Shown here: one piece after another, positions 10,482-21,145 of the stretch
Position numbering within the stretch: position 1 is the stretch's first letter
Layout of the letters: the number at the start of each line of letters is the position of its first letter
From: Octopus bimaculoides
Lineage: Eukaryota
DNA length: 47,729 bases
Assembly (NCBI RefSeq): GCF_001194135.2
Contig: NC_068985.1
Coordinates: 38,710,108 to 38,757,836, forward strand
Direction of reading: 5' to 3'
The notes under the pieces: generated by a model
The model's input: only the letters and a program-made list of their open reading frames with translations
What the model was told of the DNA's origin: nothing
Database searches by the model: none
Translations under genes and position numbers: made by a program

Positions 10482-11448
10482 TGTCTCTTTATTAGCCACA
10501 GGGCTGACCACAAAGGGGACAAATTACAAAGTAGAGCTTTTCTTTTGGGGAGGAGAAGGAAGGAAAAGAAAGGGGGGTAGATTTTCGATCAAACGGGATC
10601 GTAAGAAAAAGAAACGATCAATAGGGATCGTGTATCACAGAAATGTCATGATGTAAAGTGTAAAAGCGGAACAGATTAGGTTTATCCGTGTGAAGAAAAG
10701 CCTACGGAAAAGACCACAGTAACCTTGGCCAACAATGTCATGCAGTTAAACACATTAGAGTATATGACTCCTTTTTTACTTTTTTTCCCCCTGGTTCATT
10801 GGGTTATGCTCAAGGTGGCTCCGTCATTCACACGTGCCATCCTTGCTACATTCACCCATCTTTTCTTGAAACATTCTGTAGACAGAATTTCCCTCTCTAC
10901 TCTTACCTTCCTCTTCAAGTGATACTTGAAAAAGTTCATGAGAGATTGACCAGAGAGGAATGTGTTTGTCTCTAGAGCTTTCAGACGCGTCCACCATACA
11001 CATTCTTTCGCCACAGCCACAAGTACGATGAAAATGTCTCTTCCCTCCCGTTTCAAGGAAGGAGGCGCGACAATATTCACCTTGCTGATAAAGTGACTTG
11101 TCCCATACGCGATAGCAAACGTTCGACATAAGCCCACAGGTAGGGAATGATTGGACATTGTACGAGTGCGTGCAGAACGGTTTCGTCGCTCTGTCCGCAT
11201 CTTGGGCAGGTCGGCCCCGTGTTTCTCGAGACATGACTGTAGAGCTTATCCCGAACAGGTAGCGCTTCCCGAAAGTCATCTTGAACAGGTGGGTCAGGTA
11301 TTCCTCGTCGACGCCCAGGTTCACCCCGAGATCGTTGTTGTACTTACCCTTCACTAATCCCCTATAGAATGCTTTGGTTGTGTTGCAGTCGCTCAAGGTC
11401 GACCCGGGACGGCATAGTTGCTCGAGAACAACGCGACACTCGCGGTGC
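10482..11448 (-). mobile_element. Tx1/L1-like LINE, 5'-truncated 3' portion with 3' UTR and AATAAA
   Basis: Degraded ORF2 C-terminus, a 3' UTR of about 300 bp, and AATAAA on the minus strand at 10488-10493. GATA-type repeats flank both ends. Confidence 0.8.
10796..11448 (-). pseudogene. LINE ORF2 C-terminus with zf-RVT-like CCHC knuckle, frameshifted
   Basis: A frame absent from the ORF track reads REALPVRDKLYSHVSRNTGPTCPRCGQSDETVLHALVQCPIIPYLWAYVERLL (C-X2-C-X8-H-X4-C at 11155-11208). It then shifts into IFIVLVAVAKECVWWTRLK...KRWVNVARMARVNDGATLSITQ*. Confidence 0.85.
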
Positions 11449-11525
<77 letters not shown>

Positions 11526-11527
11526 AG
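11449..11527. repeat. (GATA)n microsatellite
   Basis: Direct reading. Confidence 0.95.
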
Positions 11528-12955
11528 ATGGTAATAGGTGGCATGGGGTTTTTGTTTTATCCTAGATCTATTCGATCAAGAGTGATAACCAAACATGTAT
11601 GATGATGTTATTGCTACTCAATTTAGTGATGGAAATTGAAATCTAGGTGAAAAGTTCAAATGAAACTTCTATAATTAAATTTAGTATTTTAAGTTTAATT
11701 TTACATGTTAAATTTTTGAATCTTTTTATTCACAGGAAATATTTTGAAATGAATTATCCATCCTAATCACATGCGTCTGGAATTGAATATTGAATTGAAT
11801 GAGTTGCCATTTTCTTGCGAAAAACATTTGCTGCTGTTTACCAATCATACTATTACTTTGGAATCAATGAATGTATAAATATTTTTTTTTCTCTTTGATC
11901 TACTAACCGCAAGTAACTTTTTCTTCTTTCTATCTTTTTTTTTAATGAAAATTGAACTTATAATTTTAATGTTATTTTCAAACATGTGAAAATACCTAGA
12001 AATCATTCATTTTATTATATATTTTTTTTAAATTTCAAAAGAAAAAAGTGCTAAAAGCAGAATATGGAAAAAAAATATTCGAATCTTATGATTGAAGTTT
12101 TCAACATCACACATTCGAAAGGAATTCCCCGAAGACGAATGAATTACTTTTCTCTTTCTAATTTTTTCTTCGCGCCTTTTAGTATAAAATTTTCTTTTGA
12201 TGTCAATTTTATGTTAGGAAGTTAGGTTTTTATCTCCAACAGACAGAATATACATAATCTCGTATTTGTCAATAGATGTTTATAATAGGTATGGCTCAGG
12301 TGGAAAATAACTTGTTATAGATCTTGGCATTACAGAAATATCGTAGTCATACTTCATTGATTCTCACAGAAAAAACTCACGAAAAATAAATTGCAGTAAA
12401 CTTATGCTTGAATCGATCGACAGTCGAAACGAATTGACTGTTGTATTTTTTTGGAATTTAACACATGTTCACTAAATTAAGTCAACCCTGCGTCTATTGC
12501 AGATAGATATATCAAAGACGCAGATACCAGACAATTTCAATACTTCTAGGTTTAGATTCAGATTATCTGTATAATTCATAGATTCATTCATTTATTCCTT
12601 TATACAAAGCCGGTGCTTTTATATTAATATCTGCATTAAATCTGAAAAGTACAACAAAGTTCTGAAGAATTGCATAAGTTATCATGTGTTTGGTTTGTAT
12701 GGAGGTAACCTGGTTGTTACATCGGTCATAGTTGAAAACATTTCTTTTCCTCACAATGGGGAGAATTCTTTTCGAACTGAGAATTCTGTATCAGCTGACT
12801 GTTTTTTTTTTTTTTTCTTAACTAGAAATGGTTCAAATTACATTTATTAACGTTTAACTAACCAGACACTCAGCAGACATACACGTACAAATACATGCAT
12901 ACACACAAGCACACATACACACACACACTCCCTCACCCCACCATACTCATTCATA

Positions 12956-13178
12956 TACGAGTGGGTGTCGAAAAGTTCCTGGCCTTGGGTAAGAGAATAT
13001 ACCGGAGTATCAGTTATTTATGATCGTATTCAACATATTCCCCTCTCAGATTCACGGAGTTATTGCAGAAGCTCTTCAGTTTTTCTAAGACCTGTAAATG
13101 AACTCGAAAAGTTGAGACTCATACCAGGCTTTTCCCGACACCCTTAAAGCCAGGCAGTTTTGGCATCCCCGTCTTGTA
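12956..13178. mobile_element. Tc1/mariner-type MITE (copy 2)
   Basis: Ends tacgagtgggtgtcgaaaagttcctgg and ccaggcagttttggcatccccgtcttgta. The interior is homologous to 2177-2398. Confidence 0.75.
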
Positions 13179-13336
13179 TGGATACATATGTATATATACA
13201 ATTATATTGTGTAAATTAGAAATTACTTCTGCCATTTTACAACTCGGCGCTTGGCTGGAGATTTTTGACAGGGTATACTTACCACCGCACTCACTAAAAT
13301 TTAGTCGAGAGATACCAATATATATATATATATATA

Positions 13337-14327
13337 NNNNNNNNNNNNNNNNNNNNNNNNNNNNNNNNNNNNNNNNNNNNNNNNNNNNNNNNNNNNNNNN
13401 NNNNNNNNNNNNNNNNNNNNNNNNNNNNNNNNNNNNNNNNNNNNNNNNNNNNNNNNNNNNNNNNNNNNNNNNNNNNNNNNNNNNNNNNNNNNNNNNNNNN
13501 NNNNNNNNNNNNNNNNNNNNNNNNNNNNNNNNNNNNNNNNNNNNNNNNNNNNNNNNNNNNNNNNNNNNNNNNNNNNNNNNNNNNNNNNNNNNNNNNNNNN
13601 NNNNNNNNNNNNNNNNNNNNNNNNNNNNNNNNNNNNNNNNNNNNNNNNNNNNNNNNNNNNNNNNNNNNNNNNNNNNNNNNNNNNNNNNNNNNNNNNNNNN
13701 NNNNNNNNNNNNNNNNNNNNNNNNNNNNNNNNNNNNNNNNNNNNNNNNNNNNNNNNNNNNNNNNNNNNNNNNNNNNNNNNNNNNNNNNNNNNNNNNNNNN
13801 NNNNNNNNNNNNNNNNNNNNNNNNNNNNNNNNNNNNNNNNNNNNNNNNNNNNNNNNNNNNNNNNNNNNNNNNNNNNNNNNNNNNNNNNNNNNNNNNNNNN
13901 NNNNNNNNNNNNNNNNNNNNNNNNNNNNNNNNNNNNNNNNNNNNNNNNNNNNNNNNNNNNNNNNNNNNNNNNNNNNNNNNNNNNNNNNNNNNNNNNNNNN
14001 NNNNNNNNNNNNNNNNNNNNNNNNNNNNNNNNNNNNNNNNNNNNNNNNNNNNNNNNNNNNNNNNNNNNNNNNNNNNNNNNNNNNNNNNNNNNNNNNNNNN
14101 NNNNNNNNNNNNNNNNNNNNNNNNNNNNNNNNNNNNNNNNNNNNNNNNNNNNNNNNNNNNNNNNNNNNNNNNNNNNNNNNNNNNNNNNNNNNNNNNNNNN
14201 NNNNNNNNNNNNNNNNNNNNNNNNNNNNNNNNNNNNNNNNNNNNNNNNNNNNNNNNNNNNNNNNNNNNNNNNNNNNNNNNNNNNNNNNNNNNNNNNNNNN
14301 NNNNNNNNNNNNNNNNNNNNNNNNNNN
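13337..14327. other. Assembly gap (large gaps also at 24457-25069 and 32444-33165)
   Basis: Run of N flanked by (TA)n. Confidence 1.
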
Positions 14328-14487
14328 ATATATAATTTTTATCTTACTAAAATTGACTTGAAAGCATGGTACAGAATATAGATTGGTAAATGTTTTTATT
14401 TTTCATTCCCTTTCGAAATTATCCCTACTTTTGTGGTATGTAGTCTTTTGCTGCTATTTCTAGCGGGTTAGATGTCCTATTACAGGC

Positions 14488-14518
<31 letters not shown>

Positions 14519-14535
14519 CACATACACATACATGT

Positions 14536-14828
14536 GGAGGTGCATGGCTCAGTGGTTAAGGTGTTGTACTCAAGATTGCGAGATCGTTGGTTCAATTCCC
14601 AGACCGGGCGTTGTGCTGTGTTCTTGAGCAAAGCACTTCATTTCACGTTGCTCTGCAATCGTCATTTGACATGCTGCACTCGTTGCACCTGTACAGGTAA
14701 GGTCGTTTTGATGGAGGAATTGAGCTTATGTGTACACAAGCATTTGATCACTATAAACAAATAAATTGTGTGGTTATTCGGTAAATAATTGTCCAACCCT
14801 CATACGTCGTCTAACGACGGGAGAGTCC
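14536..14828 (+). mobile_element. tRNA-derived SINE group C
   Basis: A box tggctcagtgg 14545-14555, B box ggttcaattcc 14589-14599, then gtgttcttgagcaaagcacttcatttcacgttgctc, shared with 22977-23299 and 29896-30121. Confidence 0.85.
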
Positions 14829-14878
14829 ATCATATATATATATATATATTAATAATGGACAGAGAGAGAGAGAGAGTT

Positions 14879-15000
14879 CAATTTTACAGAAAGCAAATGA
14901 CGAAGACAGTTGTAGGAACAAAAAGCAGGTATATTAGTTTAACGCTCGGGAAGAATGGAAGAGTCTTTTAATTTTCGAGCCTACGCTCTTCTACAGAAAG
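14879..15000 (-). mobile_element. Short dispersed repeat with hammerhead-like motif (copy 2)
   Basis: Homologous to 52-152. The minus strand reads CTTT-CTGTAGA-A-GAGC-GTAG-GCTC-GAAA-ATTA-AAAG. Confidence 0.6.
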
Positions 15001-16244
15001 GATTAAGAGGCAAACGGAGAGTGAATTAAAAAAAAAAAAACGGAGAAAAAAAAATGCGTAGAAATTAATGGTTCAACATGATGAATATATACATCTATAC
15101 TTATCTATCTATCTAGACAGATAGATAGAAGCACGATATGTTATCTAATCTTAACCGTCGAACTTGCTGCTTTTTTAATCGAAGCTTCACGTTTCTTTTC
15201 AGCAACTCGTCAATCGGCGAAAATGAGAAATCTGAGCGACAACAAGTAGGTGAAAATATTTGGAATTACTTCAAAATATGAACAGTGAACAATGTATCGG
15301 AGATTTGATTAAAATGCGACGAAAACGTTAGGGAATGTGTGACACAACAATTTATTTCCCTACGCAGGACTGTTAAGTTCAGTTTTAGTGTGGTAGTTGT
15401 TCGATGGTAAAGAACTGGATTGCGAATTGGAGGGAAGACTATAACATGCTCACAATATCACAGATTACCTTTCTATTATTCCTGGGCGTGATTACGTGGA
15501 TAATTTTACGTTTTTTAGGTTAGAATTTACAATTGTTATAAATTTAGCAGGCTTCTAGAACCTCGTATACTGTGTAAGGCTTTTCTGAAGTCTAAACTAT
15601 GAAATATTTTGTTATCTAAATTGCAATAAGAGAGCTTTGTATCTTTACAGAAAAATGTCAAATATCTAAGAATAAGAGAACAAAAATACATGCGTTATCC
15701 GACATTCTTTTTAAGACGGGATGGTGTAAAATAAAGAAGATTTAGCATATATTTCTAGAAAGCCGAGCGTTCGCGTGGACGGAACGTCTTCAGTAAGAAC
15801 TGACCATTTAAAATAACCGAATTTGATATGAATTAAGTAAACTGTTCATAATAAAGAAATAAAAACAAAAAACTTGCTGAATATATTCATGAACAATCAA
15901 GACAACTACAGCTAAAATTCGTTGAATTCTAATGAGGATCTATAATAATTCTCATGGTGATGTTCTCCTTCCGTTAGTATTGTAATTAGATTTCATTAAC
16001 AGAATGTATTTAAATAACCTATTAAATTATACAAATTAGTCTATGGAAATCGAAATTAAGTGGGGATGCGAACAGATCTTTTTATCATTTCATTTATATA
16101 ATTAGACCTTTGCATACAGTTAATTAGATCTATGTTATACGAAAATGAATTTCTTTTGTTACGTTTATATTCTACGCTTCTTCAAAACATATCATCATCT
16201 CGTTGTTAGTATATCTTTTTTATCACTCAATATCTTGGTAGCAA

Positions 16245-16311
<67 letters not shown>
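16245..16311. repeat. (ATT)n tract at the 3' end of the R4/Dong-like element
   Basis: Direct reading. Confidence 0.95.
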
Positions 16312-16314
<3 letters not shown>

Positions 16315-16499
16315 GTTTGACTTTTGCTTTGTATTTGTACAAGTTGGCTCCAAGTCTCACTCAGAGACCTCTAGAGACAAGTTAGAAGTTCATGTTGGTA
16401 TTATGCCTTGAGTGTCATACATTTGGTTTTGTACATAGTATTGTTCTAGAGAATGTTTAAGAAAACAAGAAAATTATGAGTTTGTTTTAAAATTTGAGA

Positions 16500-17145
16500 T
16501 CACATAGACAGTATTTTACGTAGGATATGGGCAGTTCCCATGAGCACTATCTTTTGAATTTCTGCCATGTTGAGGTTTCCTGGTATCTGAGCTAGGTAGC
16601 AATCAACCCCTTTTGCTATCATTCCTATGGCACCTATGAAAACAGGTACTGTTTTAGTCTTGAGGTTCCACATTTTGCCAATTTCTACTTCAAGATCTTT
16701 ATACTTGCTCAGTTTTTGGTAGGTCTTGACAGATACATTTATATCGATTGGGACAGTCATATCAATGAGGAGGCATGATTTTTGTCTGAAGTCTTTCAAT
16801 ATAATGTCTGGCCTATTTGCATCTATCTTTCTGTCAGCTTGAATGGTGAAGTTCCAGAGGATTGAGATGTGATCATTTTCAAACACTGGAGGTATTTTTG
16901 TGTTCCAACCAGTTTTTATCGTGAGGCAGGTCCAGGGTTTTGCAAATTACCCAGTGAATATATTGTACAGCTCTATCATATCTGTTGAGATACTCTGTAG
17001 GCGCAAGAAGACTGCACACGGTGACAACATGATCAATGGTTTCATTTTGTTGTTGACATATACTACATGTTGGGCAGTTGCCGTCTTTAATATGTTGCCT
17101 GGTAGTTTCTTGTAGATATACCTTGATCTTGGACTGCTATGATGA
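16500..17145 (-). pseudogene. CCHC zinc knuckle plus PD-(D/E)xK restriction-like endonuclease, frameshifted
   Basis: FIIAVQDQGISTRNYQ, shift, KDGNCPTCSICQQQNETIDHVVTVCSLLAPTEYLNRYDRAVQYIHWVICK, shift, VFENDHISILWNFTIQADRKIDANRPDIILKD...LLIDMTVP...KLSKYKDL...GTAHILRKILSM*. Confidence 0.92.
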
Positions 17146-17230
17146 ACGTGCTAGCAAGAGAGAGGGGCTAACAAGAGAGACGTGCCAGCAAGAGAGAGGG
17201 GCTAACAAGAGAGACGTGCTAGCAAGAGAG
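17146..17230. repeat. Minisatellite of five 17-bp units in ABABA order (34-bp higher-order period)
   Basis: A = acgtgctagcaagagag, B = aggggctaacaagagag. Confidence 0.9.
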
Positions 17231-18874
17231 ACGGAAGTTTTGAAAGAGGGACCGTCTCTCACAGTCTCCTCCTACCAAACAATAATAAGAATGTTGTAGT
17301 AATTAGAAATATTATTTGCAGTATCACTAGCGAAAACAACAGTAGCAACAGCAGCAACAGCATCAATTGCAGCAGCAATAACAATGATTTGTCAAACAAC
17401 GATGATCGCAAAATCACCAACAGCAGAAAATCATGCATTACCACCGCTATAGCTACACCAACAAAAAAAAAAAAAAGCAAAAGAAATATTATCACCGCCA
17501 GGATTTGTTGCATCCGCTTGAGTCCAGCGTGATAATTGGTGGCTTATTATGACAGATGTTGTATAGTAGAAACGGTTGAAAGTGCTGGTCAGTCTCATAT
17601 CGACTTTTTCAATTTTCGCCCGCAAAGGAAAGTGGAGGACTAAAATGTTCTGCCTCACATGAAATTGTTGAAAGGTGGATTAGAATTGCATGGATGGTAT
17701 GAGGTAATAGGTTCGCTCTGGACATGTCCGTATAGACTGAGGGGGAACCCCTTCCCTTCATAACTGCTACTCTTGTGCCTAAATCACAGACAGTTATTAA
17801 CCCACTAGTGCCCAAATTTTTTGTTTGATTTATTAACAAAATCTTTTGTTATTCAACTTTATCTGATATTAAATATATTAAAAACTGTTTATTACAATAT
17901 TTGAAAGACACTCTAGTCTTCATGACTAACTAAAGATAACTCAGACAAATACAGAAATATGACGGATTATCCTTCTGGTCCTGAAAAAATACCATGGAGG
18001 CTAATGAGTTAATATTCTTTTAGTGGTGTTTATATCTATGATACTGAAGAAGGTGTTACTATTGTTTATTCCTTTTTTGTTTTGTTTTTGGTCTTGGGGA
18101 TTGAGGTGCTGGCGATGTTATTTTAGTTGACACACTTAACATTATACACGCCATCGTTCTTATTACCTTTATTAATTTCTATCTGTGTTCACGTCACATA
18201 TACGCTAGGCGGCCTGTAATTATGAATAATAATATCACACTGTCGTAAGTTTAGTAGCAGTGATATTAAAAGAAACAAAAACTCATGTACAAACCCACAC
18301 GCAAATCAATAAATATATTTTTTATTGAATTATTAAAAACATGACAATATTGTAATTTTGCCGAGTACAATTAATTTATATGCCGATGGTTTTTATATTA
18401 TTTTGATTTAATTACAAATAAATCTAAGTTTGTTTTATTCTGCTTACTATTTAGCCGATTTAAGTTCGATCAATCTTATTTATATGCCTCACAATTTATA
18501 TATGTCACACAAGGTTGATAATTAGAGTTACATGCTTTGAATGTTTATTCCTAATTACATATTAGTAAGTGATTTGTTTTAATAAAGTCAATGTAGCGCA
18601 TTTTCATTTGTGAGAATCTGAACTGAATAACGCATGAGACAGTTGCTGTCTCATTTGTACAGTTATCATATCATATTTCTGTGGTGGTGTATTACTAATT
18701 TATACGCCCAGTCGAAAAGAAATATGATACACGGCAACAGCTTACCTCGAGTATGTTGTCATTGGACAGTGAATAGTGTAAACGATAAGAGAGGTACAAC
18801 AGAGCAGAGCATTCATCCGACAAACCATCAGCCTATAATTAGTGCCACGTGGGATTCCTCTTTAGAATATATAT

Positions 18875-19403
18875 AGGCACAGGAGTGTCTACGTGGTAAG
18901 TAGCTTGCTTACCAACCACATGGTCCCGGGTTCAGTCCCACTGCGTGGCACCTTAGGCAAGTGTATTTTACTATAGCTTCAAGCCGACCAAAACCTTGTG
19001 AGTGGATTTGGTATATATATATATATATATATATNNNNNNNNNNNNNNNNNNNNNNNNNNNNNNNNNNNNNNNNNNNNNNNNNNNNNNNNNNNNNNNNNN
19101 NNNNNNNNNNNNNNNNNNNNNNNNNNNNNNNNNNNNNNNNNNNNNNNNNNNNNNNNNNNNNNNNNNNNNNNNNNNNNNNNNNNNNNNNNNNNNNNNNGTG
19201 CATATGTTTGTGTGTCTGTTTTTGTCCCCCACCCCAACAACAGATGGTGGTGTGTTTACGTCCCCGAAACTTAGCGGTTTGCGCAAAAAAGAAACGATAG
19301 AATAAGTACTATGCTTACAAAGAATAAGCTCTGGGGTCGATTTGCTCGACGAAAGGCAATGCTCCAGCATGGCCGCAGTCAAATGACAGAAACAAATAAA
19401 AGA
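18875..19403 (+). mobile_element. tRNA-derived SINE group B with internal microsatellite and gap
   Basis: Head ggcacaggagtgtctacgtggtaagtagcttgcttaccaacc, B box ggttcagtccc 18929-18939, tail ggccgcagtcaaatgacagaaacaaataaaaga. Confidence 0.9.
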
Positions 19404-20242
19404 AAAAAAAACAATATATATATATTTACACCTATTTTCGTGAGGTTTGACTGTTATATCTAGCAGGCTACTTAGAAACCATCTCCCTAACTTGTAATCA
19501 TGTTAGGATGTAGATATTTTGGTAAAGAAATATGCGTCAATTTGATAAATACAGTATGTAGATCTATATTAGATAAATATAGATGATATATTTGACTGAT
19601 GTATACAAGCTAAATAGACAGATAATAGCGTAGATAAAATATATTTGCTTTGTATGCTTATGGTTCACTTATTTTACAAGAAAACTTTTTATTTCTGAGT
19701 ACGTGTCAACATGTCGGAAAAATTCTTTGGTTGCATTCAGATCTCTGATTCAGTACTTGTAACATAAGACTTTTGCATGAAATTCCAACGATTATTTGAT
19801 TCGGATGATATGATCTTGCTAGTAAAAGGCTGAAATGGAAAGCTAGAATTTATATTCGACAGAAGTTATAATGGATATTTGGAGAGTAATATCTATTATC
19901 ATGCTACTCTTTGAAATCAGTCTACTTCAATTATTACAATACGTATTTTTCTCGTAAGTCAGACCGTAATATTAGGTTTATGTTATATTCGGATTCTAAC
20001 GAAAGAAAATATAGAAATGGCTGCATTCCTAAAAGATATGAAGAATTTCTTTTAATTCCGGCAGACCTAGTTCATATACTTCCCCATCTCAGATACTGTT
20101 CGTTGACTATTACTAAATATAGTTTGCAAACTAAAAATGATGTTTCTTTCTAATTTCTAAGTTAGATCGTATTTTGCATCTTAACAATTATTCAAATAAT
20201 ATGAACAAGATCAATAAGAAATTTTCCATGATACTTACTAAG

Positions 20243-20420
20243 ATATTGATTTCAAATTTTGGCATAAGGCCAGCAATTTCCATCAAGTGCTCAACTGGTA
20301 CTTATTTCATGGACCACGCAAGGATAAAAGGCAAAGTCAACCTCGGCATTTCTTAAGGTTGGACGAAATGCCGCTAAGGATTTTGCCTGGCGTGCTAACG
20401 ATTCTGCCAGCTGGCCGCCT
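20243..20420 (-). mobile_element. SINE group A, internally deleted copy
   Basis: The reverse complement gives aggcggccagctggcagaatcgttagcacgccagg ... gaaattgctggccttatgccaaaatttgaaatcaatat. Confidence 0.85.
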
Positions 20421-21020
20421 AGTTTTAAACTGTCAACAAACTGACAGCGTTCATTTTACTTTTATCAAATTTACATTTCCTTTTCCGTGTTAATATACAT
20501 ACGTATAAGGTCTACTTTAATAATTTCTTATGAACAACATATTATTTTGTAAAATATAGGAAAAAAACCCAATCAAAATCATAACATTAATTGAATCTAG
20601 TACACAAAATCAACCACTTAATTAGAAGACATATAAGTTTGTATTTACACTAAAATTAATATTTGCTTCGATAGTGAAATATTTGTCGTAATAGGGTAAT
20701 ATTTCTTGATATATTTAACGTATAAGTCAGTGTTTTACCATATGAGATTTCAAGTTATTAGTTTTTATTTTAGTAGACACGTTCAATGATGTTCTCGATA
20801 TAAAATGCAATAAAATACGTCTGTTTTTCTGAATCACAAAGATTCGGTGTTTCAGTGATTGATTCTTGTTTGCTAGATTTTAGCATGTAAAATTGAAAGG
20901 GTGTGATCTCTTTTTCAAACAGGACACTGGTTTGGTTCACGTCTCACTTGGAAGCACATGTATGTGCGCATGTCTACGTGTTTGTGAGTGTTTGTGTTTA
21001 TGTGTGACGCAAGTATATTA

Positions 21021-21101
<81 letters not shown>

Positions 21102-21112
21102 TGTGTGTGTGT

Positions 21113-21143
<31 letters not shown>

Positions 21144-21145
21144 CA
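21021..21145. repeat. (TA)n(GT)n microsatellite
   Basis: Direct reading. Confidence 0.95.

Larger units (their letters stand above)
16312..17275 (-). mobile_element. R4/Dong-like RLE non-LTR retrotransposon remnant lacking the RT domain
   Basis: CCHC knuckle, RLE domain and 3' UTR ending in (TAA)n. Coding similarity stops abruptly at about 17145. Including 17146-17275 in the element is an inference. Confidence 0.85.

Noticed and set aside
11151-11357. Plus-strand ORF MDIVRVRAERF...
   Set aside because: It is the antisense shadow of the LINE ORF2 remnant.
13174-14361. 395-aa ORF, and similar ORFs at 24359-25207, 25762-26644 and 32212-33333
   Set aside because: They consist mostly of X from assembly gaps plus TA/CA repeats.
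14536-14610. tRNA-like sequences with A and B boxes (also 22977, 18875, 38859, 30050-30120)
   Set aside because: These are SINE heads. They lack a paired acceptor stem and continue into shared SINE bodies.
15762-15793. Minus-strand CTGAAGA-CGT...ACG-CGAAC hammerhead-like string
   Set aside because: It has only a 3-bp helix II, no GAAA, and no helix I or cleavage triplet.
17146-17230. Possible CRISPR-like array
   Set aside because: The units are contiguous with no unique spacers, the context is eukaryotic, and there are no cas genes.
18634-18654. Perfect 8-9 bp hairpins (18634-18654, 34871-34891, 46812-46836)
   Set aside because: A rough estimate predicts a few stems of this length by chance in about 40 kb of AT-rich DNA.
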